64,000 nucleotides of DNA, from positions 5,929,846 through 5,993,845 of the forward strand of contig NC_057754.1 of NCBI RefSeq assembly GCF_004010195.1, written 5' to 3'. The DNA is from Chiloscyllium plagiosum (Eukaryota). Below the pieces are notes generated by a model that saw nothing but the letters and a program-made list of their open reading frames with translations, did no database searches and had not been told where the DNA came from. A program made the translations under genes and the position numbers. Positions 1 to 13,386 of this stretch are shown here, one piece after another (the first letter of the stretch is position 1; each line of letters begins with the position of its first letter).

Positions 1-200
1 GGGAGAAAGAAGAGAGGTGTGAGAGAGAAGAGAGAGGGGAGGAGAGAGAGGAAGAAGAGGGGAGGAGGAGAAGAGAAGTGAAGAAGAGGTGAAGAATAAA
101 GAGCAGAAGAATGAGAGTGTGAGAGAGAAAACGAGAGAGGGAAAGAGGGAGAGAGGGGAGAGAAGAGAAAAACAGAGTGAGAGAGAGAGAGAGAGATAGA
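1..200. repeat. GA-rich low-complexity / (GA)n simple repeat
   Basis: Almost exclusively purines with GAGAGA runs. Confidence 0.9.
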
Positions 201-2590
201 AAAGGCAAAAAGGGAACAAGTGACCCCCAGCCCACACTCTGTCACAGACAGACAGAGATAGTAACAGGTCAATACTCCCCCGGTCAGCCCGCATGGTGTG
301 AGGGTAATGGCTGACTGAGCGAGGTTCAAATACTCCCAGAGTCTGTCACTCAAACCCCATCTCCTCCCCAACCCAGTTCATCCAGTCATCTCCCGGCTTC
401 CTCTACCTGGAACACACCTCCCCCCAGGTATGGGACACACCAACAATCACCTAAGACTTTGGTACAGATTGTCAGGGAGGATATGATGGAGAAATTATAT
501 GCAGTGATTGGTAATGACTGAGGATGCAATTCTCAAACGCCAATTGTTTTCAGTTTCTGATGAATCGATTGATCATGTCAGATTTTGATTAAATGTTTCT
601 TTGGAGTTTCCTGTCTGTGAATCTTCTTCAAATATTCAAAGAACTTTAATAAAGGCAGTGTCAACCAGGTGAGAAATCAGACAGACAAATAATTCCCTTT
701 GTTTGATGTTTTTCTGTGTATATCCTTCCTTGCAATCCTCAGAGAAAGAAACTTCCAAGATCCAAAACTATTAGGGCAGAGAGAAAAGAATAATCAAAAT
801 AAAGTAAGAAATTGTCTCTAAACATGAACATTATTTTTCTCTCCCAAAAGGTGCCATTCCTATTGGGTTCCTCCAGCAATCTCTTTTTTTATTTCAGAAA
901 CTCACGTTATCCCTCCTCATGGCCGAGGGTTATCAGCATACTCACAACAGAGATGATCACACATTGTGCAGGATGGCAGTGTCCTGAGAGGGGATAGGCT
1001 CATTCATTTACCAGAAAGTTTCAGGAGTGATTTATGATGCGATGGACCAATTGCAGTTGAAGCGAGATGCGACAGAGTTTATTGGCTTATAATTGGTGTA
1101 GATAAGGAAGATGAAAACAAGATGTTCACATTAGCTGGGGGAAATGGACGATGAGATACAAAAATTAAGATTTTGGATAGATTAACAGGGAAGATTTGAT
1201 GAAGTGGTTATGTGGAAGGGATTCAATACCCACTGTATCTTAATGGTGTAAATTTGGACTGAACAGCCTGAAGTTCTGTATTTAATTTCCAGTTCAAGCC
1301 GTGGCCTTGAATTATCCAAGTACCAGAGTCATAGTGATGTAGCTTAGGCAGTCACATTGAAGGGCCTGGGTGTCTTCCAATTTGTGATGGTTCATTTTTA
1401 TCTCAAGCTCTCTGACACTCTTGGTGATGAAAGCAGGAAAATTGGTGGCAGACTCTGAAAACAGTGAGAGCTCCAGTTGTTCCACCGCCCTTCAGATCCC
1501 CGCTAACCTTCCTGCTGTAGAGAAATCGGCACGCCTGGTTGGTGACAGGCTGTGTGGCTCAAATCGTCAGCAGCGGGCTGCAAGATAAAGGTTGCTAGTT
1601 TGAGATCATCCAGGTATGGAGCTTGGGTTGTTCCAGATCAGACTATGGGAATACCACCCCACCTCCATTTAAACCAGAAAATCCATGGCAAGATTGGATT
1701 GCAGCCCAAACCATTGATGATCCTGTAAGATAGGGACAAACACAATTTTCTCTCCAGACCCCCTCTGTCAACAGAAAGTGGCCACTGCAGCTCCCTGCAT
1801 AGCCCTGGGACACAGCTAAAAGAAACTCCCTCCTCATGAACGGCGCATTCCGTGTGAAAATCTTTACATTTAATGTGGTAATGGCTGCAATACAACCCCT
1901 GTCCTCCAAATTAGAAGCTGCAGGATTTTGTGATAAGGACAGAGTTACGAAGTTGAAGGCGTGCCATCCACTTTTAAATGAGAGTGAATGCTGTTCAGAA
2001 CTGAGACCTGACAAATACCTGTGATGACCAGCTAGCAGTCTCAGCATGCACTGGAAAATTGGAAACATGTAACGTTTGGCTGTGAAACAAACCTGAGTTG
2101 GTTGATATTTGTAAACAATTCCTATTTTACCAATCAATTTAAATTATGCCTTATAATACTAAAATCCAATCGCGCTTGAATTTAGAGTTTAGAAACACTG
2201 CAGAATGCTGCCCCCATTGACCATTCCCCATGAAACATGCCCAGGTCCTCAGCTGAGGATTTTTGTTGGGAACCTTTGCTCCTTGGCTTTGAACTGCGCC
2301 GCCTGCCCAAGGAAAGCAAATGTGGTATTGTTTTTAGTGGAAGGATCAGAGCACGGTAACTCCACTCTGAAACAGAATGGCCCTCAGTGCTGTACACATC
2401 TGTGCATATTCAGAACAAGGTTGGAGAAAACCGTAACAATGTTTCGCACAGTAATGAAACCGGATTGCATTCCTTTTCACCACACCAGCATGTATGAGCG
2501 AGAAAATTCAAAGCCAGGTTTGCTGATGTGAACAGCAAGTTACAAAGCTCTGCTCATGTCAGTCTGAAAGGCTGCCATCGGGAATAAGGC

Positions 2591-2664
2591 TATTCTTGTT
2601 GGATTTTGAAGTGGGGAGTTTTCGTATATGAGGTGACTCCAACAGCCACGACACTACAGGAAGC
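2591..2664 (-). pseudogene. Highly degenerate tRNA-Val relic
   Basis: Positional paralog of 5587-5659; retains ggggagttttcg...ccacgacactacaggaagc. Confidence 0.55.
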
Positions 2665-2814
2665 ATCTCCGCGAGCAGCTGGTGTTCCCAGTCGGCCAGC
2701 ACGAACATTTATAGCCGTTCAACGTTTCACCTTTCTGTTTCCAGGAGCTGGTCATTCTCCAGCGTAATTGGCATCATGGAAAAATTAACAAAATCAGTTG
2801 AAATTGCTCACAAA

Positions 2815-3180
2815 ATATAGACAAGGATGTTGTCAGGGGTGCACAGTTTGCAATGTAGGGCGATTCTGAACATGCTGGGACAACTTTCCCTTCATCGTTG
2901 GGGATGACCTTAAGGAAGGTTTGTCAACAGAATATTTAAGTTTTTTTGTTTTCCGCAATATGGGGCGAGTTGAAAACTGGAGAGCATAGGTTTAAGGTGA
3001 GTTGAGTAAAATATAAAAGGGACTTGAGGCAGCTTTCCCACACAGAAGGTTGTACGGTATGGAATCAGCTACCAGAAGAAGGAGAGGAGGCCTGTACACT
3101 CAGAAGATTTCAAATGCAACCGGATGTGTTTCTGGATAGGAAGGTTTAGGGGGATAGGGGCCAAATGCTGGGAAATAGGA
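2815..3180 (+). mobile_element. CR1/HER1-type LINE 3' fragment (paralog at ~5815-6225)
   Basis: Motif gagcataggtttaaggtgag and 3' UTR pattern typical of CR1 ORF2 ends. Confidence 0.7.
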
Positions 3181-3849
3181 GTTTGTTTAAAATGCATTTT
3201 CAAAGATTTCGAAGCATGAATGCTTTTCTCGGGGCAGTCGAAGGGCAATCAGCCATAAACGGCTCCCAGATCCTTCAGCAGAGCAGTTCCAAACTGCTCT
3301 GGAAACCTAGTGCACCACCACCTCCCGAAATGACCCACAATGAGGAAAAGGAAAGACGTGAACATGAATTGGTCATGAAAAGTGAAGATTCCCAAACACA
3401 GTCTCGGTTAGATTAATTTGCCCATCCGATCAACAATGCAGCAGTGCCTGCAGCCCACGTCACCAGGACAGAAATGAAGGAAATAAAAGAAATGTAACAT
3501 ATGACATCACAATTCACTGGAATTATTTCCCCATTTGCCGGAACACCAAATAATGAGGAGTAAAGTCACTGCAGGATTTTGTTTCACATCAGCGATGAAA
3601 TACCAATCTCCGTTAGGTTTCATTGAAAACAGTGAACAACACAACTTGGCCGGAACATCATGCAGCAGTGGAACCGCTTGAGACCGGGACATTTCATGTG
3701 GGACGCAAAAGTGATCATAACGGCATCAACATAGACAGGATGGAGAGTGTGCGCTCTCCCAAATCAAAGGTACATTTCCAAGAAGCAAAAACACATGGTT
3801 GCGATGGAATTTAAACACAGCAGCATTTAACAGGCAACGCACACACAAA

Positions 3850-3931
3850 GGGCAGCAGTCGGATCTGAACACACACCACCCTAGAGGTTGTAATGAGAAA
3901 GCCGTGCCTTCGACCACTTTGCCATGAAACC
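3850..3931 (-). pseudogene. Degenerate tRNA-Leu (AAG/TAG type) relic
   Basis: 82-nt gap-free alignment to the reverse complement of vertebrate tRNA-Leu (ggcagcagtcggatctgaacacac...gccttcgaccactttgcca). Confidence 0.6.
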
Positions 3932-5586
3932 AGTCACAGCTGCCACATATTTTCTTACAGCTTCCATGGTGCTCCTGCGAAACATTAGAAGCAAAGTCAC
4001 AGGGAAACGGTTCTGCGATCCCTGTCCATCTCACACAGCTGCAGGGATATGTCCGACTGCAATATCAATTTCGCAACAAACTTTCAATCCAGACAAAAAT
4101 CATTGGAAAGCTGAATCAACCTTCTGAGATTCGCTTAAGCCACAAATGTAATATCTGTATGAGAGAATGTATATTCTGTTATGATTCGACAAAGAAACCA
4201 TGAGCTGCATGACATTACTGGTATTTCGATTCTTGCCTTGGTAAATGATTTCGTCCTTTGTTCGAAACAGGACAACTTTCACGTTTACACTGAACACGAA
4301 ACATACCGGACTACAGGGGAAATGCACAAAGTTGAGCAGGCCGTGTTCCACATCATACCGTGCAGCATACTTACAGTTACTACGTCTGTTTTGCGGAATA
4401 ATCGTCCCAAAGAATGCTCTCCACCTGAATAGCGGAGGTAGCTGGACAATCCGAGAAGACAGATCACATTGTGAGCCTGCTCAAACCTCGGTGCCAGTAC
4501 GAGTTGCCACTTTCCCTGTCTTTTACCTTAACTGTGCGGCTTGCTGCAGAATGTCCACACCAGGACATGAGCCACATGGCTGCAAGCTGAGGTGGAACCC
4601 TGTGTGGGAATTAATGAGTAGCGACTCAGTTAATTTTACTAAATTCGATGGTGGTTATTAGAGATGCAGTTTCTGATCAGGTCAATGTAAAAAGCAGTAT
4701 CTGAACATATTAACAGAAGTCAAAAGGTGATTACCCCACCCCCCACTCCAGAAGATGATAAAGAGGTGCTTAACCGTACTTGAGTGTTTTTCTTTCTCGA
4801 GGTGAGAAGCTGTCCCGCCTAAGTCACCTTCACGTCTCTTGTTGCTGACGGAATCATAAAAAAGGAGTTTCACCAGAGCTGCAACTGTCTCACTTTGATA
4901 TTCACCTTGCCCATTCCCCCTTCCCTGTTTACATTTTCCTGCTCATCTGTGATTTCAAGAAAACCAAATGGATGCAATGTTATTCGGTAGCCTGTCTGTC
5001 ATTATCAAGGTTTCAGTTCCAACATGGCTTACGTCTCACGACACAAGTTAATATGAGTGACGCTTTGACAGCACAAGTCTAAAGGTTCATCTGAGAGTGT
5101 AAATTCATTCATTGTTGTTGATCATTGAATGAGCCACTAACGTCCGAAATGATACAAAAGATTATTCAGGACTTCTGGTGCTAATTCTCGCACGTTGAAT
5201 AACGACAGCCAGCCTCCAAATGAGACCTTTCAAAGACTACTTTGGGATACATTTGGCAGTGAGACTACTTTAGGAAGCCCTGGTGCACATCAGCTTTCTC
5301 TTTGGCTTTGAACCGGGCCGCCAGCGCAAGGAATGCAAATGTGGTGCTGCTTTTCGTGGAAGGATCAGAACACGGGAACTACACTCTTCAAAATAATGGC
5401 GTATGTTCATTACCAGGTTGGAGAAAATCTTAGCAATGTTTCACCTGGTAATTAAATGGAATTGCATTACTTTTCACCACGAGAGCAGATTTGCGCGAGC
5501 GAACACAATGCCAGGTTTGCTGATGGTAAAGCAAGCAGGAAGGCTCTGTTCCCGCCCGTCTAAAATGCTGGCGTTGGGACTAGGAC

Positions 5587-5659
5587 TGTTTCTGCCTTGT
5601 TTTCCACTGGGGACCTTTCGCGTGTAAGGCGAATGCGATAACCACTACACTACAGAAAC
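5587..5659 (-). tRNA. tRNA-Val (TAC anticodon), probable pseudogene
   Basis: Reverse complement is GTTTCTGTAGTGTAGTGGTTATCGCATTCGCCTTACACGCGAAAGGTCCCCAGTGGAAAACAAGGCAGAAACA. The 5' two-thirds nearly match vertebrate tRNA-Val; the T-arm/B-box is mutated. Confidence 0.85.
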
Positions 5660-7119
5660 AAGGCCCGACAGCACCGACTGCTGCGCAGAGGTGTCCAACA
5701 CTGATATTTGCAGCAGTTCTATGCTTCACATTTCCATTTCCAATAGCTCGTTGTTGTCCAGCGTAATTGGCATCATCGAAAATGTACAAAAAATGTGAAA
5801 TTGCTTACAAATTATAGACAAGGATGTCGTCAATGTTTGGTCTGTTGGGCGGGGCAGAATAGGCTGGGAACACTTTCCCTGCAGCATAGCGGCTGGGGCA
5901 TGATGTTATGGAAGGTTTGTAAACGGAGTATTTAGGTTTCTTATCCAAGCTGGCGCGAGTTGAAAACTGGAGAGCATAGGTTTAAGGTGAGAGGGCTAAA
6001 ATCTATAAGGGACCTGAGGCATATTTCCCACGCAGAAGGATGTGCGTGTATGGAATAGGCTACCAGTGGAAGTGGAGAAGGCTAGTACACTCAGAAGATT
6101 GCAAAAGTAACCGGATGAGTTTCTGGATAGGAAGGGTTTCGATGGATGCTGGGAAATGGGACATGTTTAATTTTGGCTATGTAGTCAGCATGGATGAGAT
6201 CCACTAAAGACTCTGTTTCCACACTAGTACCCGAATAACGTTGTGTTGCTTGAAAGGATTACTTTTAGCGTGGCTCGCCATTGCTCTCTGTGGCTGTTCA
6301 CCTGAAAGGTGGTATTGTGAAACACTGCAGAACTGAAAGACTTCCTTACTTTTGCCCCGACTGACCATACTCCGTGAGATTTTCCCAGATCCTCAGTTGA
6401 GGATTTTTACTACTGGAAATTACCTCACAAACCGTGTTATCTCGTAATGTATTTATAGAATGGCAAAACAGGCAGCATTTAACAGGGAACACAAACAAAA
6501 ATGACAAACCAAATGCATTTTCAGACACAGCGAAACATGAATGCTAAATGTGAGACAGTCCGAGGGCATGAGCCATAAACTAATCTCATAACTAACAGCA
6601 GGGAAATTCCAAACTACTCTTTCCAACATAATGGAGCCTTAGTGCACCACCACTTGCCAGACAATGCCGAAAAGAGAGAAAGAAAGAACACAATAAGAAT
6701 GGGCCATGAAAAGTGAATTTCACCAATCACAGTCTCAATTAGATTACCTTTCTCTTCCGCCGTCTCCAGGACAGAAATTGAAGAAATGGGAGAAATTTAA
6801 AAACATATAATATCGCAATTATTTTCCAATTTGCCAGAACACCAAATAACGACGAGTAGAGTCACTGCAGGACTTTGTTTCACAACAGAGATGAAACAAC
6901 AACCTCTCTTCGGTTCCAGTGAAAACTCATCTTGCCTGTAACAAAGCTGCAGCAGTAGGGCTGCTTGAGCCTACGATTGACCATGTGGGAGGTGAACACG
7001 ACCATGACAACATAGATACTGACCGCTTTGAGAGAGCTCACACTCTTGCTAGTTCTACAAGAATCAAAATCACGGTTTTGCTTTTTCGGGGCTTTGAACA
7101 CGCTGCAGCCTCAAAAGAA

Positions 7120-7200
7120 TTGCAGCCGGGGGTTGCAAAACTATGCCACGTTGGAGACTGGAGTCAGAATACAGCGTCTTAGGCTGCATGGCCACCCAAC
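7120..7200 (-). pseudogene. Degenerate tRNA-Leu relic
   Basis: gagactggagtcagaatacagcgtcttaggctgcatggccac matches the reverse complement of tRNA-Leu; paralog of 3850-3931. Confidence 0.6.
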
Positions 7201-8144
7201 AGAGCACTGGCCTCACCTGCATAGTGAAGTGAGTTGTGTCTGATCCGCAGGACACCCTGCAGGATTTTCAGACAGCGCCATCCTCCCTGTGACATGTACG
7301 TGCTGGCTAAGATTCTGTTGTGTAGATGTGTCTCGGCTTTGCCAATGTCACCGTTGTTTAACTCCCTACATTCTGTTGGTCGAACTGCGATTCCAGTCAG
7401 AATCACAAATGTGTCACAAAACACCTTAGCTGTGCTGGCTCTCTACAGAGATAAATGTGCTTCTCCTTTGGTATCATTCTATTGCTTTCTCCCTGTAACT
7501 CTACACATTTTTACTTTCAACTTAAACATCGAATTAGTTTTTAAACAACTCGATTGAAACTATTTCTTTGTCAACGTCAGCCAGTGGTTTACAGACCCTA
7601 ACCACTGCCTATGTGAAAACATTTCTCCTTATGTACATTTTTCTTCTTTTACTAATGTCTTTAAAACTCTGACGAATCGTTCTCCATCCTTTCAGGCGTA
7701 GGGAGCATCCCCCCTTCCTTATTTCCTCATTCTAACCCACCTTAGAAAGGTTTAACAAGGCCGGCTTTTGGCCTTCTGCTCTCCAAGGAGACCTGTCCCA
7801 ACTTTCCAAATGACATTTATTGTCGACATTCCTCGTACACCACACCATTCCCATCAACCTGTTCAGCACTGGTTCCAAACATTTCACGTCCCCACTTCCT
7901 GAAGTTTCACACTCAGAACTGCACGAATATCCAAATGGTGGATTTATTCAGAGTGGGATTGTGAGGGTGAGCATCCTGAAACACCTGTTTCATTTTCACC
8001 ACATGTGGTACTGTGCCATGCCCACTACAATTATACTTCTGACCCCAAAACCCAAAGGTATTTCAAGGGATGCAACTTAATGATTTACATATTTTTTTCA
8101 AATAGTTGATAGGAAGACTGGGCAAAAGTGAAATCAAACAACCA

Positions 8145-8234
8145 AGGCTCGATGGCGACTTGAAGTAAGACATTCTCCCATGCCAGTATTAACACAAGCT
8201 ACTAAGCGAAGATCATGCCCTAGACACTCTTACA
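8145..8234 (-). pseudogene. Degenerate tRNA-Pro relic with ~19-nt insert at the canonical intron site
   Basis: aggctcg...cttgaa...ttctccca[19 nt]tactaagcgaagatcatgccctagac aligns to the reverse complement of tRNA-Pro-AGG. Confidence 0.55.
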
Positions 8235-9487
8235 TTTCCAACACCAAACCAGCTGAGAGTCGCTCAGATCCAACTACATTCCACTTTGTCCTCAGATTTC
8301 TAAGCACCAAGGTGTTTCAAAAATATTCCTTCTCATTCCGACTCCTTGTTCACGGGACAGTGCTATTTATCCCTTCCGCTTGGACTAAGATGTCTCCATC
8401 GGCAAAGTATTCAGCTGTTTCCCTACACCTGCAAGCAGTGTGAGGAGAGGCAAGCGCGGATATGCTCGAAAGCTCGCTCTCATTGGCACAACCAGTTCCA
8501 TCAAGTGCTGGAAATCAGCAAGTTTGATTGGAAACTTCCCGCAAATATCATTTAACTGAAACAGCGATAAATATGTTGAGCTGGTGGGAAAGACTGAAAT
8601 GTACTCCGGACACTCTACCCTCAGGTAAACTCATGCGAGGGCATTTTTGTGCAGCCTGTTTGCTGTTCAGAATCAATCTTCACATAACAAGCCTGCTGAA
8701 AGGCTTTTGTAACAGTAACATCGGCGTCTTTGCTGCAATCGGACAGCAGCTATCATCTGAGCCCTAACTGTCCCAGATGAAGACAATCCGAGTGAAACCC
8801 TCACTCACTGAGAGCCATCCACATGTCCCTTAGCTGCGGGGCTGCAGGCTGTCTAACACAGAAGATAGAGTTAACAATGAAACATTGTTTCATCATCAGC
8901 CACTCTGTCCCAGAGACAGGAAGAAGGGCAGCATCGACGTGTGGCGTCACTCACGCGCCAACAGAAGCTGTTCAGCCCATCGAGTCCATGGCGACTCTCT
9001 GTCGCTTGTATATCTCTGTGGTTATTCATAGTTGGTGATATATGTCCTAATAATGTGGAGCTGTGTTTGTATCGTAATGCTGTATCCAACAAGTCGATCC
9101 AATTGTAATTCACAGCTTTTCATTTCACAGGGAGAACACACTGCTGTGTGAAACAGAGTGGGAAATAACTGCAGGGCGTTATGCGCATACAGCACTTTGC
9201 ACCTGATATATCTCACCTTCACCAGTACATTCCCAGCTCTGGCAAGTGATTTTGCGAATCACAACAGAGCAGACCGACAGAGAACAGGAAAAGAGCTTCC
9301 AGAACTTCACCAGTGTGTTTCCTCAATTGTGTAAATTTGGCGGGTGTACCAGTATGAAATATTCATTTCAGATACATTGAGTGAAAGGAAGCAGAAAATG
9401 AAACAACAGGCAATGCGTAGAATAGAGCTCTATTATAGAGAAACACTGGCGGGGGCAGTACACACACTGAAACGTGGAATTGTCAAC

Positions 9488-9559
9488 GGGCAGAAGATGC
9501 TTTCAATCCATTAATTTCCGGGTTATGAACCCAATACACTCCCTCTGGGCTGCTCTGTT
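9488..9559 (-). pseudogene. Degenerate initiator tRNA-Met relic
   Basis: 72-nt alignment to the reverse complement of tRNA-iMet (gcagaagatgctttcaatcca...gggttatgaaccca...ctctgtt); CAT anticodon retained. Confidence 0.7.
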
Positions 9560-11138
9560 AGTGCTGACCAAAGCAGTTTCACACAGCCTTCAGCTTTTCG
9601 TCTGGCGTGTGGCATGTACCTCACAGAACGATTTCAAAAGGTCTTAACTATTATTGTGTGATACTCTGTGGCGCAGATGTATTTTGGCTGTGTCAATATA
9701 ACCTGTGAGTAACTTCCCACATTCTGTTCGTTTAACTGTGATTTCAAACAGAATCACAAAATATGTCACAGTGCAAAGTGAGGCCATGCAGCCCACCTTC
9801 AGTGTGCTGGCACCATGCAAAAAGGAAATGTCTGTGTGGTTCGATTGATTGACTTTATTTGATTGATTGATAGTCACATGAACCTGAGTACAGTGAATAC
9901 TTTTGTTTGCGATTGGTAAAGGAAGATCATAGTAATCAAGGGCATGCAGAACACAGAATGAGAAAAAAAAACAAATTTTGAACAGATTAATGCTGTCAGG
10001 TTACTCCGCACAGGTAGTGCACTCGGCAAAATCCACATTAACAGGATAAGCAACATTTGAAGTTAGGGAATCCATTTCTCAGTCCAGTTAGGACCTACAA
10101 GAAGTTGCTGGTGTGTGTTTTGAAGCTTCGGCACCTTGATCTGAACTCTATCTCATCAAAATTATACCTTCTGAGTCAAAAATGCAACTGGATGCAAAAC
10201 TCCAGGGCTCAAGCGTAACTTCTTGTACTTACATCACCCACCTGAGGTGTTATAACACCCAAGACCAACAAGCCAGACTGCAGCAGAAGCATGATCCATA
10301 AATCAGGTGACTTTACTTGTTTTTTTAAAAAAAGGTTTTTCTGGTGTTTCGGAGTGAAGGCAGCACTGAGTTTTAATAACAGTCCCTTGCCATTCTGACT
10401 CCCAGTTCCCAGGAGGCTGTGCTAGCGACTTCGCTCGCGAGCGGGCTCCCACCATTGGCAGCTGGACGAACTCATCTCCTCATGGCAATCAGTGTTGTGG
10501 GAGAGAAACGTGAACGCACTCTTCAGCTCACTGTCAAACACGGGGTTGTGGAGAGCGGAGGGGTTAGAGGGAGTGGTAGTTATGGAAATTCTGGAAAACT
10601 GTACAAAATTGAGATCGCGCATGCATAGGACCTGATATTCTTTTGGGAACCTTGTGCAAATAACGCCATCTGAGACATATCTAAATGTGCAGAACTGCAG
10701 GGAAAGAGAGAATCTCTCCCAGTTATCTGTGTCTGTGTCCTTCTCGAATCACAGCGAGGGCTCTGCTGTCTGAATCAGCATGGGATGTTATTGCAGCGAG
10801 TCCTGTCGCTCAGGCATTTGCACCTGATGTGTATAAGCTTTATCACGTTACCCCCAGCTCAGAGAGTAGACTTCACAGCTCCCATCATCCCAGAGTGACA
10901 GGGAACAGAAGAAATCGATTCAGACCATTATCTAAACACTTACTGGGGAGAAAACGGATGTGGGAGAGCAACAGTCTCGACCAGTGCATGTTCCCAGCAT
11001 TTACAATCTTGGGCTGTGTGACAACAAAAGCAGGAACCAGGAACTGCTTATCTTGATTCTTAAAACAGGCGTGAACATTTTTTCAGAGCATAGATACATC
11101 TACCTGATGTTAGTGAAATGATGAACAGCAGATTAACG

Positions 11139-11200
11139 TTCAGAGTATGGTCTGATCTCTGGGTTATGGGCTCATCATGCTCCAACTGTGACCCTCTGCT
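11139..11200 (-). pseudogene. Internally deleted tRNA-iMet relic
   Basis: cagagtatgg...ctctgggttatgggctcatcatgctccaactgtgaccctctgct. Confidence 0.6.
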
Positions 11201-11564
11201 CACAGTATTTGAACACAATCAAAGAAGTGACTCAGTGACAAAATCTGTTCAAACGGATTCTGTGAGGAATTGAAAGCGATGGAACGAAAAGCCCCTTGAG
11301 AGCAGGATGTTACATTAACTGTGAAGGGATTATTTTCCAGACTGGAGGAGAGTGCGCAGTGCTGGTTCCATGGGTCAATATCAGGATAGATAGATTGAAA
11401 CAGCGACGAATGTTATTGTAGTGTGCCCTATCGCTTAGACACACTGCACCTTTTGTACAATTTTGCAAAAGCACGGACCTTTTCTGTAGAGGGGACAACT
11501 TGAAAATCGGCAATGAGGCAAAATGCACAAATGAGCGAAATAACAAAGCAACCACAGAAAATGG

Positions 11565-12299
11565 TGTTACGTGACGGGGTAAACCCCCTCTGCTAACGTA
11601 AAACAGCAAAACAGAAAGGATTCCCCCCGTGCTGCGATCTGTTAAAATTCAAGAGGCAAAGAACTATCCCAGAAAACCACTATTCAAAGTTAAATATAAC
11701 AACTTTATTGTTTTTTTATCATTTGACAGAGAAAATCAACTTACAACTACTTACAACTCCTTTCTCTCAACCAGTCTTTAACCTTCCGCTCTATAATTCT
11801 TTCCCCACCCCCGACCCCATTAACATTTACAAAAAAATTCAAATTTAAAAACCAACCAGTTGTCGAATCTTCTCTTTGTATCTTCCTCTGTAGATTTTTT
11901 TTTCTCCAGGTCGGTGTTGATGCTTTTATTTCTATGTAATCTATTTCTCTAGATAGGCCCCTCTTGGAGATTTTACGAACATCCGACATCTGTTCGTCTT
12001 TTAGCTGCTCTCTTTGCTGTTCTTTTCTGCTCTGAGAACTATTCAAAATGGCCGATATTTGTCCCACAAAATGTCGGATCGTTTCATTGGTTTGAACGGT
12101 GTAAAAATACTAAATTCAAACTTGATTGGGGCATAATTTAAACTGATTGGCCGAATTCGAATTTGTCTTTTGTACCCATGTCACACAGCTCTTAGTTTTT
12201 TTTGACCAAATGTAATGTTGTTACCTTCTTCTGCACTCCCTGTGCTAGCCAGACATTTCAGCACCATTAAAAGTACATTACACCCAGAATTTCATAACA
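11565..12299 (-). mobile_element. Solo LTR (Gypsy/ERV-like), ~735 bp
   Basis: Termini TGTTACG...CATAACA (TG..CA, 6/7 inverted match); AATAAA on the minus strand near 11704-11709; no clean TSD. Confidence 0.6.
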
Positions 12300-12518
12300 C
12301 TGTCATTTGCCACGACAGCCTATTTCACACAACATCGGTCTCTGTCAATCTCATGTGCCTGACATTTGAACAATCTCTGGTCTATGTTATGTAAACTGCC
12401 CTATTCACATAACCTCAGATTTAACACGCCCCTTTATGCATGTCTTACAATATTAATTGATTCCTCTCTGTGTTACTTCAGCACGCGTTGAGAAGAAATA
12501 AAAATGAGAACAGTCACC

Positions 12519-12556
12519 TGTGTGACTGAGATTTGACCCAATGTTGCTGCAGCCAA
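12519..12556 (-). pseudogene. Partial tRNA-His relic (3' half)
   Basis: tgtgtgactgagatttgacccaatgttgctgcagcca vs reverse-complement His tgccgtgactcggattcgaaccgaggttgctgcggcca. Confidence 0.5.
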
Positions 12557-13167
12557 CCGATTCAGCTGTAAGTGAAACAGCCCACACCTCTCCTGTACCG
12601 GTAATGTGGTAAGTTTTCACGAGTTGAATTAGACCCAACATAATTTCTGAGGACGAAATTTACTGGGATATAAAGACATGATGAAATACACGGACGTTGG
12701 GGGGGGGGGGGGGGGGGGGGGGTTGGTAAGGGTAAATAGGAGGGTAATTCCCTCGTTCAGGTGAGTGTATAATTAAAGGTTCGAGCTTCAAATCCAGTGA
12801 GGAATGACAAAAAGTTTACAGCAAGTACTTTTCATTCTGAGAGTTATTGAAATCGGAGCTGATTTTTCAGAAAGGAAATAAAACATTTCAGAAGATGATG
12901 CTAGCATATTTGAAAGGCCACGTGCAGACACACAAGGAGCGAACCTAACAGGGACAGGGATTCTGGGCTGCCTGGATGGGGAGACAAAAGTGACACACTC
13001 ACAAATTGTTTAGCGTTCATCTGAAAGAAATTGGATAATATCTGCAACTGAACATGTTAAGTGTAAGAAGAGCTGGTGGTGTTGAAAGGTGTAGCAGCTG
13101 ATTCGACGTGAACTACTACAAATTGTTAATGTACTGAGCTGTTTGTTTTAGCTTTGCATTGAATGGA

Positions 13168-13300
13168 GGCCGGTTAGCTCAGTCCGCTGGCTAACTGGTT
13201 TATGGTATAGAGTGAGAATAACAACGTGGGATTAATTGTCGCACTGTCTCAGGTTGCCATAAGGATCATCATCTCCACCGCTCAGGTGATCTTTAATAGT
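13168..13300 (+). mobile_element. tRNA-derived SINE head (Ile-like 5' end)
   Basis: Starts ggccggttagctcagt, then non-tRNA sequence with a degenerate B-box. Confidence 0.5.
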
Positions 13301-13386
13301 CTGATGACTAGTGAGTAGGAATGGACCTGTCGATGTCAAGCATCATTTTCGTTGCTCTCTGTTGCCTTGAACATTTGTTCACAATG

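Larger units (their letters stand above)
2280..7280 (+). repeat. Old direct duplication of a tRNA-cluster unit (~2280-4050 vs ~5300-7280)
   Basis: Colinear blocks, e.g. ttggctttgaac...ggaaggatcaga at 2283 and 5302, and ccagcgtaattggcatcat at ~2759 and ~5758. Both copies share a CR1 fragment and Val/Leu relics; roughly 70-75% identity by eye. Confidence 0.85.

Noticed and set aside
12699..12722. 24-nt poly-G run (G-quadruplex candidate)
   Set aside because: Homopolymer in a LINE remnant; may be slippage or a sequencing artefact.
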